The position numbers and the translations under genes are program-made. From positions 1 to 53,101 of the IMG/VR virus record IMGVR_UViG_3300042516_003674: a DNA stretch of 53,101 nucleotides; one strand, 5' to 3'. The notes beneath the pieces are model-generated. The model was not told the DNA's origin. It ran no database searches and saw only the letters and a program-made list of their open reading frames with translations. Position 1 is the first letter of the stretch. The number at the start of each line of letters is the position of its first letter. Of this stretch, positions 36,701 to 45,576 are shown piece by piece. This stretch comes from a virus. Taxonomy: Duplodnaviria; Caudoviricetes.

Positions 36701-39694
36701 TATAATGTCCAAGATGGTGTTTATTATCTTTATGTTATTAATGCTTCTAATCAAATTGAGAGTGAATTTACTGATCAATATTATACTCAAAATATAGTCG
36801 ATTTATATCCACAACTTGATAGAGACAACAAAAATGATAACCCATCAGCAGCATCATCATATGCTAAGAGAAGTCCTCTGGGTGATGTTGTAACTAGTGA
36901 TCTCAAAAAGAGTATAACAAAAGAGACTATTGATAAGTTCTATAAACAATTTACAATCTCGCCAAGTATTACTAATGTAAACTCTTCTTCAACGTCGGCA
37001 ACACTGACGTTTGATAGAGAACATGGGTTAGGAGGAGTAATTATAGGAACTTTAAGCGGAGGAAGTGGACATACTGCAGGAACATATTATAATGTTAAAT
37101 TGTATAATGACAGTTTCTTAGGAACTTGGGATGGTGCTACAGCAAAAGTTGTTGTTGGTGCTGGAGGAAATGTAACTTCTGCAGAAATAATTTCTGGTGG
37201 ATCTGCATATACTAATGGCGAAACTCTTTATTTTGATAGCACTGTTATTGGTGGATCTCCAAGTTCATCATATACAATTACAACTGCAGGTATTTCTACT
37301 GCTGTAGGAAATACAATTCAATTAACTGGAATTGGTACAGTTACTGATGGATTTTATAGAATTACAGGATTACCTTCAAAAAATCAAATTTCGATTGCAA
37401 AAACTGCAGGAGATCAAACTCCAGTTGTTGGACAGTACTTTATTAATTCTAACATATCTATTAATGTTTCGGCAAATTCTTATGATTCCAATACAGGAAT
37501 CACAACATTCACTTGTTTCTCAAGACACGGATTAGTTTCGGGAAATCAATTTAGAGTTTTAGATGCATCTGATAATAATCTAGGCGATTATATTGTACTT
37601 ACTTCATCTTCTATAACTGAATTCACCGCTAAAACTTCTGGACTTGGAGGGACGCCGAGATATATTTTAAAACATTCATTATCAGCAAACGAAGCTATTT
37701 CTGATGATACTGGAGAGAATCTTGCCTCAAGAGGTTCTTTCATATATGAAAATGAATGTATGGAGTTGTTGACAGATATTCAAAGTGATTCTACATTCCC
37801 AGTAAGGTTAATTAACTCAGGAATTGGAACCACAAGAAGATTCTCACTTGGATCTTACATTCAGATTGATAATGAAATTATGAGAATTACTTCCAGCACA
37901 TTAAGTGGTGCAAGTAATAATCAAATCACGGTAATTCGTGGTTCTATGGGAACTCTCAAAGAGAATCATTCTAATGGATCTCTAATTCGTAAGATTAAAC
38001 TAATTCCAATTGAATTCCGCAGACCATCTATTCTACGTGCTTCTGGGCATACATTTGAATATCTGGGTTATGGTCCAGGAAACTATTCAACTGGTTTACC
38101 ACAACTTCAAGTTAGAACACTCACAGAAAGGGAAGATTTCTTATCACAATCTCAAGAAACTTCTGGTGGAAGTGTAATTTATACTGGAATGAATAGTGAT
38201 GGAGATTTCTTTATTGGTAACACAAAGTATTCTGCATCAAGTGGTCAACAAACTACTTTTGATATTCCAGTTCCAACAATTACTGGACAAGATCCGTCGA
38301 GATTGAGTGTTGTTTATGATGAAGTTATCGTAAAGGAAAGACTTCTTGTTGAAGGTGGAAATTCAGGAACTATCTTATCTCAATTTGACGGCCCAGTTAC
38401 ATTTAATGGTGCTGTTACATTTAACACTGATTTAACTATTTCTGGAAGATTAAGAGTCACTAATAAAACACAATCTACATCATCTGCAACAGGTGCGATA
38501 ATAGTTTCTGGTGGAATTGGTGTTAACAAAAACTTAAATGTTAACGGTAATATTACTGGAAATAATTTAATTACTGCTGGAGTTGGAATTGTTCCAGATG
38601 ATTCAAAAGGAGCATATATTGGAACTTCTTCTTTACCATTTAGTGACGCTTATATTGGCAATATCAAGATCGGAGTTACAGATGATCAGACAATTGATAC
38701 ATCTTCAGGTAATTTAGTTTTAAATTCTGCAGTTGGTAGTAACGTTGCAATTAACACTACTACAACTCTTTCTGGTAATTTGACACTCACAGGAAATAAC
38801 GTAGTTCCTGGACCAGATAGTGGAACTTTAACCGCAAACTATCTTGCTGTTCCAAACATTACTCCCATTGGAAGTATTGTAATGTGGGCAGGAACGGCGG
38901 ACAATCTTCCATCTTCTCCTGGTATTATCCAATGGGGTATATGTAATGGTCAAGAATTGAATACTTATACTTATAGTTCATTACACGCAATTATTTCAAA
39001 TACTTACGGTGGAACTGCATATCAGGCAGGAGTTACTGACCAACCTGCAGCAACAACTACATTTAGAGTTCCTGATCTGACAAATCAATTTGTTATTGCT
39101 TCTAGTGGAAATGGAGGAACAAACGTAACTGGATCACTGACTAGATCTGGTGGAAATAAAGATAGTTCAGTGATATCCCACTTCCACACATTAAGTGGAG
39201 ATGGTGGTCACATACACAGTATAACTATAGATCAGAGTGGTTCTTTATCTTTGTCTGGAAGTGCTTCTGGAGGAAATCATAATCATACCGGAACAGCAAA
39301 TGCTGCCAATGCACCACACTCACATACTATCACAATCAACCCAGCAGGAAGTCATAATCACACATATTTTAGAACTGATACTAATAACGGTCCTTCACAA
39401 CCAGGTGATGCAAGAAATAATAGAGGAGGAAGTCCATTTAATACTGGAAATGAAGGAGTTCATTCACACCCCGCATCTTCTTCAACAGAAAATGCTCCAC
39501 ATACGCATCCAGTATCAGTGTCTGGTGGACCTCACTCTCACACTGTTGATGTTTCTGGAGGACAACACTCTCATACAGGATCAGTCACTGGAGTTGGTGG
39601 TCACACTCATAATGTTGATTCTAACGGAGTTTCTGGAACTAATCTCAATTTACCTCCATATTTTGCATTATTCTACATTATGAGATTAGTATAA
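33767..39694 (+). CDS. large virion structural/tail fibre protein with collar domain and His-rich needle tip
   Basis: MPLNKLENFIKNTEGRILYVNP start typical of cyanophage structural proteins; PIGSIVMWAG...CNGQ...FRVPDL collar; ten HxH motifs; NLPPYFALFYIMR end; CTAAATA at 33728-33734. Confidence 0.85.
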   Translation: MPLNKLENFIKNTEGRILYVNPNDLDATDSIENQGNSLTKPFKTVQRALIESARFSYLRGNDNDITEKTTILLFPGEHVIDNRPGYGIREVNSAARAVSPAGVESEAIAEFDLNLNSNFDITQSNNVLYKFNSIYGGVVVPRGTSIVGLDLRKTKIRPKYVPNPTDPNVKNTAIFRITGACYFWQLSIFDGNEIETVYTDPVDFSINNQSKPTFSHHKLTCFEYADGVNIPSQFDYTDLDMYYYKLTRAYNNASGRNIDQKYPDEPGGLAKQRPEWEIVGAFATDPINISSIFSGDGATPGSIVTVTTAVAHNLTAGTPIKIRGVNVNDYNISTKVQNVLSDNTFTYLLPFVRDNLAAGSAAGLSASSATVTIETDTVSGASPYIFNISLRSIWGMNGMHADGSIASGFRSMVVAQFTGVSLQKDDRAFVKYNPQSRTYDGINISKVTGSKLASESASTNVSTVYHLDSGAIYRKGWQPVHIKISNDSFIQVVSVFAIGFHKHFESRSGGDGSITNSNSNFGQHSLGCDGFKKESFDKDDKAYITSIITPRSIVTEESDIDWISLDVNKTKTVGISSHLYLFGFDKQDDIPPVITQGYRIGSRVLDKLYIDVDIDENTVNTYSASILMVDSINSNVALGVDSSEKSYLASAPNTQSIINIGDNNIQNGEKIRIISETGDLPENITNNRIYYAITSSANATRSDGISLSSQQIQIASSKTNADTATPQYLRIYGGIQLKVKSLVSDKNAGQIGSPIQWDSSNSNWYVHVNTSNEIFNALNTLSSEILTERTDVSYLKRYEDNRSLDEKIYKVRVVIPKELENARDPSDGFIIQESSTTGARNNSDFSLTSITNSDYLYNRNSRFISKCSYDSISKIITVITDLPHNLRVGNQVVIKNVTSSTNTGAVLNRGYNGVFVVDSVIDDKTFTYSSTDIFEIVHSPGTFQNNTNIRNISLPRFERNDVKGNFIIYRKEVINQYIYNVQDGVYYLYVINASNQIESEFTDQYYTQNIVDLYPQLDRDNKNDNPSAASSYAKRSPLGDVVTSDLKKSITKETIDKFYKQFTISPSITNVNSSSTSATLTFDREHGLGGVIIGTLSGGSGHTAGTYYNVKLYNDSFLGTWDGATAKVVVGAGGNVTSAEIISGGSAYTNGETLYFDSTVIGGSPSSSYTITTAGISTAVGNTIQLTGIGTVTDGFYRITGLPSKNQISIAKTAGDQTPVVGQYFINSNISINVSANSYDSNTGITTFTCFSRHGLVSGNQFRVLDASDNNLGDYIVLTSSSITEFTAKTSGLGGTPRYILKHSLSANEAISDDTGENLASRGSFIYENECMELLTDIQSDSTFPVRLINSGIGTTRRFSLGSYIQIDNEIMRITSSTLSGASNNQITVIRGSMGTLKENHSNGSLIRKIKLIPIEFRRPSILRASGHTFEYLGYGPGNYSTGLPQLQVRTLTEREDFLSQSQETSGGSVIYTGMNSDGDFFIGNTKYSASSGQQTTFDIPVPTITGQDPSRLSVVYDEVIVKERLLVEGGNSGTILSQFDGPVTFNGAVTFNTDLTISGRLRVTNKTQSTSSATGAIIVSGGIGVNKNLNVNGNITGNNLITAGVGIVPDDSKGAYIGTSSLPFSDAYIGNIKIGVTDDQTIDTSSGNLVLNSAVGSNVAINTTTTLSGNLTLTGNNVVPGPDSGTLTANYLAVPNITPIGSIVMWAGTADNLPSSPGIIQWGICNGQELNTYTYSSLHAIISNTYGGTAYQAGVTDQPAATTTFRVPDLTNQFVIASSGNGGTNVTGSLTRSGGNKDSSVISHFHTLSGDGGHIHSITIDQSGSLSLSGSASGGNHNHTGTANAANAPHSHTITINPAGSHNHTYFRTDTNNGPSQPGDARNNRGGSPFNTGNEGVHSHPASSSTENAPHTHPVSVSGGPHSHTVDVSGGQHSHTGSVTGVGGHTHNVDSNGVSGTNLNLPPYFALFYIMRLV

Positions 39695-39730
39695 TCTTTA
39701 TAAAATAAATAACTATAAAATCATTTTAAG

Positions 39731-41677
39731 ATGGCAAGTTATAGAAGGTCATTTAATTTTAGAAATGGTGTTCAGGTAGATGATGATAATTTTATAGTAA
39801 ATCCCAATGGATTGGTTGGAATAGGAACATCTGTTCCAACCGAATTTTTAGATGTTAGGGGAAATGCTTTCATTTCTGGAACTCTTACCGTTAATAGTTT
39901 TTCAGGAACCAACTTACAAAATGAAAAGGGCACATTTCAAACTCTTAATGTAGGAATAACATCAATTACTTCTGGTATTATAACAGCAACAACTGGTGTT
40001 GTAACTTACTATGGTGATGGTGCAAACCTTCTTAATTTGCCAACATCACAGTGGATTGACACTGATGTTGGTTTAGGATTTACTAGTATCTATTCTCAAG
40101 GTAATGTAGGTGTTGCAACAAACGATCCTAGATTTGCCTTACAAATTGGCGGAATTAATAATATTTTTTCTTTCGCAGATGGTGTTGGATTTGATAGAAA
40201 AGGTAACATTTTAACTCCTACTGGATTTGTAACAGCAAGAAGTTTTGTAGGATACGGATCAGATTTAACATTATTAAGCGCATCCAATATATCGTCAGGG
40301 ACATTAAATAATTCCAGACTTCCATCAGTAATAAACGTATCTGGGTCCATAACAGCACCAACTTTTGTTGGAAATTTATCGGGAATAGCAAACACTGCAA
40401 ATTCAGTTACTCAAACTTCAAATATAACTGTTAATTCTATTAATAGTACATTTGCAAATGTATCTATTTCTACAGTTACTTCACTGCTATATTCTGCACA
40501 AAGAATTGGAATTGGAACAACAAATCCATCATCTGATTTACATTTAAGAAAAAATGGATCAACAACTATTCAAATAACTAGTGATGGGTCTAATCCATCT
40601 AAATTAATTTTTGGGAGAAGTGTATCTCCTACTGGAAATAATGGATTATTACAATACGGAAACTCAGATCTTTCATATCCATCTAGTACACAATTTTCTG
40701 TAGATTTAATTAATAATGCTGTAGGTAATATGAATTATTACCTACATTTTGGAAGTCCCGGAATTGATACTGGATCTTTTAATTGGTTATATGGACAGTC
40801 TTTAGTTAATTTAATGTCCTTAACATATAATGGAAGATTAGGCCTTGGAATAACAAATCCATCAAATACGTTACACATTGTTGGAACTTCTACAGTCACT
40901 GGAGATTCTTATTTTGGTGGTAATGTTTACCTATCTGGATCAATTTCTCCATCTACACTTTCTGTAGTAAATAATTCAATATTCAATGGTAGAGTTGGAA
41001 TAAATACGTTAAATCCAGTTTATTCTTTCCAAATTGGTAGAGAACCAATTTATGCTGATGGTGGAATAGGAATAAGTTCTAGAGGAGATGTATACACTGC
41101 GGGTGTTATAACTGCAACTAGATTTGCAGGAGACGGTTCATCATTAACAAATTTAAATCCTGCAAGCATAACTTCCGGATCATTAAGTGGTTCATATAAT
41201 ATTAACACAACAGGGGTTGTAACTGCAACTAGATTTGCAGGAAATGGTTCAACACTGACAAATTTAAATATTGAAAATATAAATTCAGGAACTTTTGATG
41301 GTGCTTATAGTATCAACAGTTCTGGTATTATAACTGCAACTAGATTTTCTGGAGATGGATCTACTTTAACAAGTTTAAATCCTTCAAATATATCAAATGG
41401 CACTATTCAAGGTTCTCAAGATATCAACACAGCAGGTGTTGTAACTGCAACTAGATTTTCTGGAGATGGATCTACTTTAACAAGTTTAAATCCTGCAAAT
41501 ATATCAAATGGCACTATTCAAGGATCAGTGTCATATAACAGTAGCGGAATAGTAACTGCTATGGGAGGATTTACAAGTGATGTCGGAGGTCCTGCTGTAG
41601 AAATATCTGTATCCAATGGAAAAATAGTTTTTAATGTTACTGGAGTTGGAATTGCAGAATTAACCTTGATACCTTGA
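39731..41677 (+). CDS. tail fibre-like structural protein
   Basis: FNFRNGVQVD, repeated VGIGTTNP and GVITATRFxGDGS modules; ATAAATA at 39705-39711. Confidence 0.8.
   Translation: MASYRRSFNFRNGVQVDDDNFIVNPNGLVGIGTSVPTEFLDVRGNAFISGTLTVNSFSGTNLQNEKGTFQTLNVGITSITSGIITATTGVVTYYGDGANLLNLPTSQWIDTDVGLGFTSIYSQGNVGVATNDPRFALQIGGINNIFSFADGVGFDRKGNILTPTGFVTARSFVGYGSDLTLLSASNISSGTLNNSRLPSVINVSGSITAPTFVGNLSGIANTANSVTQTSNITVNSINSTFANVSISTVTSLLYSAQRIGIGTTNPSSDLHLRKNGSTTIQITSDGSNPSKLIFGRSVSPTGNNGLLQYGNSDLSYPSSTQFSVDLINNAVGNMNYYLHFGSPGIDTGSFNWLYGQSLVNLMSLTYNGRLGLGITNPSNTLHIVGTSTVTGDSYFGGNVYLSGSISPSTLSVVNNSIFNGRVGINTLNPVYSFQIGREPIYADGGIGISSRGDVYTAGVITATRFAGDGSSLTNLNPASITSGSLSGSYNINTTGVVTATRFAGNGSTLTNLNIENINSGTFDGAYSINSSGIITATRFSGDGSTLTSLNPSNISNGTIQGSQDINTAGVVTATRFSGDGSTLTSLNPANISNGTIQGSVSYNSSGIVTAMGGFTSDVGGPAVEISVSNGKIVFNVTGVGIAELTLIP
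41111..41560 (+). repeat. 111-bp (37-aa) tandem repeat, 4 copies plus a partial
   Basis: ACTGCAACTAGATTT at 41111, 41222, 41333 and 41444. Confidence 0.9.
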
Positions 41678-41702
41678 CATAACTCTCAAATATCAGTAGA
41701 AT
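41674..41702 (+). promoter_or_regulatory. sigma70-type promoter
   Basis: TTGACA-17 nt-TAGAAT. Confidence 0.75.
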
Positions 41703-41708
41703 ATGCTT

Positions 41709-41779
41709 TGTGAGCGTTGAAGATAATAATATAAACAATTTAAGAATTACTAAGAGATCTCGTCGAGATCTCTTTTTTT
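41709..41779 (+). ncRNA. candidate ~70-nt small RNA
   Basis: ORF-free stretch bounded by a promoter and an intrinsic terminator. Confidence 0.4.
41752..41779 (+). terminator. intrinsic terminator
   Basis: AAGAGATCTCG-T-CGAGATCTCTT inverted repeat running into a T7 tract. Confidence 0.8.
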
Positions 41780-41808
41780 ATGAAAACTATTTCTAATGAG
41801 TTAAGGGC

Positions 41809-41837
41809 TTGACAACTCCCTTTCAATGCCCTATGAT
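41809..41837 (+). promoter_or_regulatory. sigma70-type promoter
   Basis: TTGACA-17 nt-TATGAT. Confidence 0.8.
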
Positions 41838-41866
41838 ATGATCACTGACTTACTCAGTTTATTACT

Positions 41867-42766
41867 ATGAAAACTTCTATGCAAACGGACGTTTTTAGCG
41901 TCCTTCCATTTAATCCAAAAAGTGATGAATATCGTTGCTTTATTGTGGATCTTACGCCAGAGATGGCACAGCACATTCTTGATTATTATAACAAAGACAA
42001 TCGTAAGGTTTCTAAATCTCAAGTAAACAAGATTTATCGTAGTATTGAAAATGATAACTGGTTGCTTGATGGGCAACCTATGACCTTTAATACTGACGGA
42101 AATCTTACTGAATTCCAACACCGTCTTCACGCAATTGCAAAATGCCAGAAGGATCGCATTTTTCAAGTTGTTGTAGTTACTGGTGTTGATACTGATACTT
42201 TTTCAAAGACTGCAACTAACAAGGCACGGAAACCGATTGACGAGATCCAGCGCAAGTATTCCAAAGCGCATATGGATGAGGTTTCTATCTTGGGAGATAT
42301 TCTCAAGCGTCGTCGTGGAGAACGTCTTGTGATGCAGAATGCTATTTCTACCTACGAGAATTGGGTAAAGAACATTAAAAACTCAATTGATATTGGTGGA
42401 GATTATGAAAACTTCTTGGATAAGTTTTCTCTTCAACGTAAGACTGTTCGCGCTTATATTACTCTTTGTGAGCGTTATGGTTATCTTGAAGAATGTAAAA
42501 CTCTTCTTGAACTTCTAGACAATGAACTTGATGAAGACTCCAACGATAACTCTACTCTTTCTGGTCAATTCCTCTCTTTCTGGAATAAAAATGCAGTTGA
42601 TTTGAGTAATGAAAAGAGAATGGATTTTCTTTATGCTATGCTCTGTGTTGCTACCGACAAAATTATTCTGCGTGAGGATGGAATGATTTCATTTGATGCA
42701 GTTCCTTCTGATCTGGAACATTATGAAATGGAAAAGAAAGGAGTTTATCGTAAGTTTCTTGCCTGA
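41867..42766 (+). CDS. ParB/DGQHR-superfamily protein (variant motif)
   Basis: LTPEMAQHIL...NRKVS...W...GQPMTFNTDGNLTEFQHRLHAI. Confidence 0.7.
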   Translation: MKTSMQTDVFSVLPFNPKSDEYRCFIVDLTPEMAQHILDYYNKDNRKVSKSQVNKIYRSIENDNWLLDGQPMTFNTDGNLTEFQHRLHAIAKCQKDRIFQVVVVTGVDTDTFSKTATNKARKPIDEIQRKYSKAHMDEVSILGDILKRRRGERLVMQNAISTYENWVKNIKNSIDIGGDYENFLDKFSLQRKTVRAYITLCERYGYLEECKTLLELLDNELDEDSNDNSTLSGQFLSFWNKNAVDLSNEKRMDFLYAMLCVATDKIILREDGMISFDAVPSDLEHYEMEKKGVYRKFLA

Positions 42767-42767
42767 T

Positions 42768-42823
42768 CCACTTTGAGAACTGGCACAAGGGGGCTTCGGT
42801 CCCCTTGTTTTTTGCTGTATAAT
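42768..42823 (+). promoter_or_regulatory. early promoter cassette copy 1 (dyad + stem-loop + -10)
   Basis: CCACTT-N4-AACTGGCACA, hairpin ACAAGGGGGC-TTCG-GTCCCCTTGT, TATAAT 30 nt after the motif. Confidence 0.8.
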
Positions 42824-42845
42824 AACTGTATTGAAACGCAGAACG

Positions 42846-44072
42846 ATGATCCAACTTCGCCCCCATCAACAGCGTGCTCTGGATGCCCTCGCCAAGCATT
42901 CCAAGGGTCAGGTGATTATCCCGACTGGTGGAGGCAAGACCAACGTTGCTATCTTTGATGCTTTGCGTGAGTTTCAATCTGATGCTCCTAAGACGATTGT
43001 AGTGGTTGCTCCCCGCATTCTGCTTGCTGAGCAACTGTCTTCCGAGTTTCTTGAGTTTATCACCACTGCTGCTGTTCTGCACGTTCACAGCGGTGAGACT
43101 CATCACCAGAGCACCACCAAACCTTCTGAGATTTATAACTGGTCTCGCCGTGCCTACAAGCACCAACTGATCTTCACTACCTACAACTCCCTGCAGCGCC
43201 TGCAGCAGGCAGATCTTCACGTTGATACTATTTACTTCGATGAGGCACACAACTCTGTTCAGCGCCATTTCTTCCCTGCCACCGAGCATTTCTCTGCTAA
43301 TGCTGACCGCTGCTATTTCTTCACTGCTACTCCTAAGCATTCTGCTACTATTTCCAAACCAGGTATGAATGATGCTTCGGTTTACGGTAACGTAATTTGC
43401 AACGTTCCTGCTCCTGAACTGGTGGAGGGTGGTTTCATCGTTCCTCCTAAGGTTGTGGTGCAGCAGTTTGAGATGCTCTCTAAGGGTCAGATCGTTGCTG
43501 ATGTTGACTGTGAGAATCTGATTCAGACCATCGATGCTCAGGAGGTTTCTAAGGTTCTGATTTGCTCTAAGGCAACCAAACAGATCGTTTCCTTGGTTTC
43601 TCAGACTGATTTCTGCAAGCAACTGGAGGATCGTGGTTTCTCTTGGATGTATATCACTTCCAAGACTGGTGCTATCATCGACGGTCAGAAGGTTAACCGT
43701 GAGGTGTTCTTTGATACCCTGAGTGCTTGGGGTAAGGATGACTCTAAGAAGTTTGTGGTTCTACACCACAGCATTCTGTCCGAAGGCATTAACGTGTCTG
43801 GTCTGGAGGCAGTGCTGTTTATGCGGTCTATGGACTACATCGGCATCTCCCAGACCATCGGGCGGGTGATCCGTCTCCACAAGGACGATGCAGAGGGTCT
43901 CAGCAGCGGCAGGATCGCCCCTGGTGCCCTTGGAGACTACACCAAGTCCTTTGGACTGGTCTGCATCCCTGTGTACTCTTCTGTGGGCATCAGCACCGCT
44001 AAGAAGGTGCAGGCGGTGGTGGACATCGTTTTTAATCAAGGTCAACCTGCAATCAGCGTTGTCAAACGCTGA
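42846..44072 (+). CDS. superfamily 2 DExH helicase (ResIII-like)
   Basis: LRPHQ Q-motif, PTGGGKT, DEAH, TATP, LSEGINV, QTIGRVIR; start at ATG 42846. Confidence 0.92.
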   Translation: MIQLRPHQQRALDALAKHSKGQVIIPTGGGKTNVAIFDALREFQSDAPKTIVVVAPRILLAEQLSSEFLEFITTAAVLHVHSGETHHQSTTKPSEIYNWSRRAYKHQLIFTTYNSLQRLQQADLHVDTIYFDEAHNSVQRHFFPATEHFSANADRCYFFTATPKHSATISKPGMNDASVYGNVICNVPAPELVEGGFIVPPKVVVQQFEMLSKGQIVADVDCENLIQTIDAQEVSKVLICSKATKQIVSLVSQTDFCKQLEDRGFSWMYITSKTGAIIDGQKVNREVFFDTLSAWGKDDSKKFVVLHHSILSEGINVSGLEAVLFMRSMDYIGISQTIGRVIRLHKDDAEGLSSGRIAPGALGDYTKSFGLVCIPVYSSVGISTAKKVQAVVDIVFNQGQPAISVVKR

Positions 44073-44109
44073 TTTTTCTGCTAAACTACCCAAACACAAG
44101 GAGATTCCA

Positions 44110-44253
44110 ATGAAGTACGTTGTTCAACTTTATGTTGGCGGAAAACTCTTCAATGAAGAAGTACAGGCAACTAATCCAAAAGATGCTCGCGAGACTGCTC
44201 TTGCTCGCAATCCAAAAGCAAAAGTAGTCGGAGTAAATGTTTCATTCAAATGA
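44110..44253 (+). CDS. small hypothetical protein (47 aa)
   Basis: MKYVVQLYVGGKLFNEEVQATNPKDARETALARNPKAKVVGVNVSFK with AAGGAG RBS. Confidence 0.75.
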   Translation: MKYVVQLYVGGKLFNEEVQATNPKDARETALARNPKAKVVGVNVSFK

Positions 44254-44477
44254 TTAATAATTACGGTTTATTGGATCCAGTCCCATCAGATCCTTCTGGA
44301 TATGTCACTAAAGATGGTATGTGGGCTGCTGTGCCCTGCGGAAAAAAATTTGTAATTATTCATAATGGATATCAAGTTCATACTGCAAACAGTTATAAGA
44401 CTGCAAGATCTTATATCGAAAAAGAAATAAAAGCACTCAAAAAACAAAAGTCTGGCCCATTGGATAAATTTATATGA
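44250..44477 (+). CDS. hypothetical protein
   Basis: ATGA-coupled 75-aa ORF. Confidence 0.7.
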   Translation: MINNYGLLDPVPSDPSGYVTKDGMWAAVPCGKKFVIIHNGYQVHTANSYKTARSYIEKEIKALKKQKSGPLDKFI

Positions 44478-44677
44478 ACATTTTTACCCAAACATCTGAT
44501 GCTCCTTATGATAGACATGACTATGAAATTGTCTTAAAAAATGGTAAAAATCTAATTTTTAACAATTGGGAGGACGCTCATAGGTATTGGTGGGAAAAAC
44601 GTCAGATTCCAGATTTTTTGGATCTTATAAACGTGAAAGACAAGAAAGTTGTGAGATCGAAAGGATTTGCTCAATAA
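44474..44677 (+). CDS. hypothetical protein
   Basis: ATGA-coupled 67-aa ORF ending KGF. Confidence 0.7.
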   Translation: MNIFTQTSDAPYDRHDYEIVLKNGKNLIFNNWEDAHRYWWEKRQIPDFLDLINVKDKKVVRSKGFAQ

Positions 44678-44701
44678 ATAATTAAACAACTTAAGAGTCC
44701 T

Positions 44702-44866
44702 ATGGGTGCTCTTTTTTTGACTACTGTCTTATCCTGTAGTCAAGTATTAAGTATAGCAAATCGCTTAGTAAATATTAATTTACTTTCGAGTAAACAAAAA
44801 ACAGAAATTTTATTTGAACTTCGTAAAGTAGTTCCTTCCTGTCCTTTAATTATAAAATCAAAATGA
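44702..44866 (+). CDS. small hypothetical protein (54 aa)
   Basis: MGALFLTTVLSCSQV...VVPSCPLIIKSK; ATAAATA at 44674-44680; ATGA overlap with next gene. Confidence 0.6.
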   Translation: MGALFLTTVLSCSQVLSIANRLVNINLLSSKQKTEILFELRKVVPSCPLIIKSK

Positions 44867-45057
44867 GAGACCAAAATCCAGTTCCTGATGGTGAGTCAAA
44901 GGAAGAAAAATGGAATCGAGGACTTGATCTTTTTATAGAATCAGTACATAAACCCGATGCGGAACTTCGTCAGTGTGCTCATAATCAAAAGTGTTTTAAC
45001 GAACTCATGGCAGTTAGGGAGACCGTGCTAGAGTATCTTAAAACTATAAGAAAATGA
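44863..45057 (+). CDS. hypothetical protein
   Basis: ATGA-coupled 64-aa ORF. Confidence 0.7.
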   Translation: MRDQNPVPDGESKEEKWNRGLDLFIESVHKPDAELRQCAHNQKCFNELMAVRETVLEYLKTIRK

Positions 45058-45296
45058 GCACATATTATATTTACTTTGTTATATTTTTTTGTATTGCTTA
45101 CTTGATTATTACCGATCAATCAGTAGCAAGGGGGTTTTATATGCTAACCCAACTTGTGCAAATACAATATGAAAAAGTTAAATGGTGGATTATTCATAAC
45201 CCAGCAAATCCAATTGTTCGTTACTTTATGTGGCGGAATTCTATCAGACTTGCAAAAGAACTGATGGATGAACTTGCACAAAAAGATAAAGAGTGA
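45054..45296 (+). CDS. small membrane-anchored hypothetical protein
   Basis: Hydrophobic N-terminus YYIYFVIFFCIAYLII. Confidence 0.7.
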   Translation: MSTYYIYFVIFFCIAYLIITDQSVARGFYMLTQLVQIQYEKVKWWIIHNPANPIVRYFMWRNSIRLAKELMDELAQKDKE

Positions 45297-45327
45297 TAAA
45301 ATAGAAATGTGATTGAGGATTAACTCT

Positions 45328-45552
45328 ATGTCTAGGACTTATCGCAATCTTGAGGGTATGAACCGTTGTGCTCTTCGCAAACCCAAGACCGCAAACGAAC
45401 GAAAAACTCTTATTGGTCTTCTACAAGACAATTATGCTGAAGAGTATGAAATCTCTGGGTTAAATCATCTTCATCATCGCCTTTCAAACTGCCCAACTGC
45501 AAATTATGATAAGGTAATAAGTGGTTATTATGAACAGGATTATAAAATCTAA
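45328..45552 (+). CDS. hypothetical protein (MSRTYR start)
   Basis: GAGG upstream of ATG 45328; basic N-terminus. Confidence 0.6.
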   Translation: MSRTYRNLEGMNRCALRKPKTANERKTLIGLLQDNYAEEYEISGLNHLHHRLSNCPTANYDKVISGYYEQDYKI

Positions 45553-45576
45553 ATAACACTATATCTAGTAATACAT

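Noticed and set aside
41703-41720. Five-codon ORF ATGCTTTGTGAGCGTTGA as a leader peptide
   Set aside because: Its ATG directly abuts the -10 box, upstream of the expected transcription start
42663-44099. 319-aa and 112-aa antisense ORFs over the helicase
   Set aside because: No motifs; explained by the helicase's biased codon usage
43888-44109. N-terminal extension of the 121-aa track ORF
   Set aside because: Overlaps the helicase; the RBS supports a start at 44110
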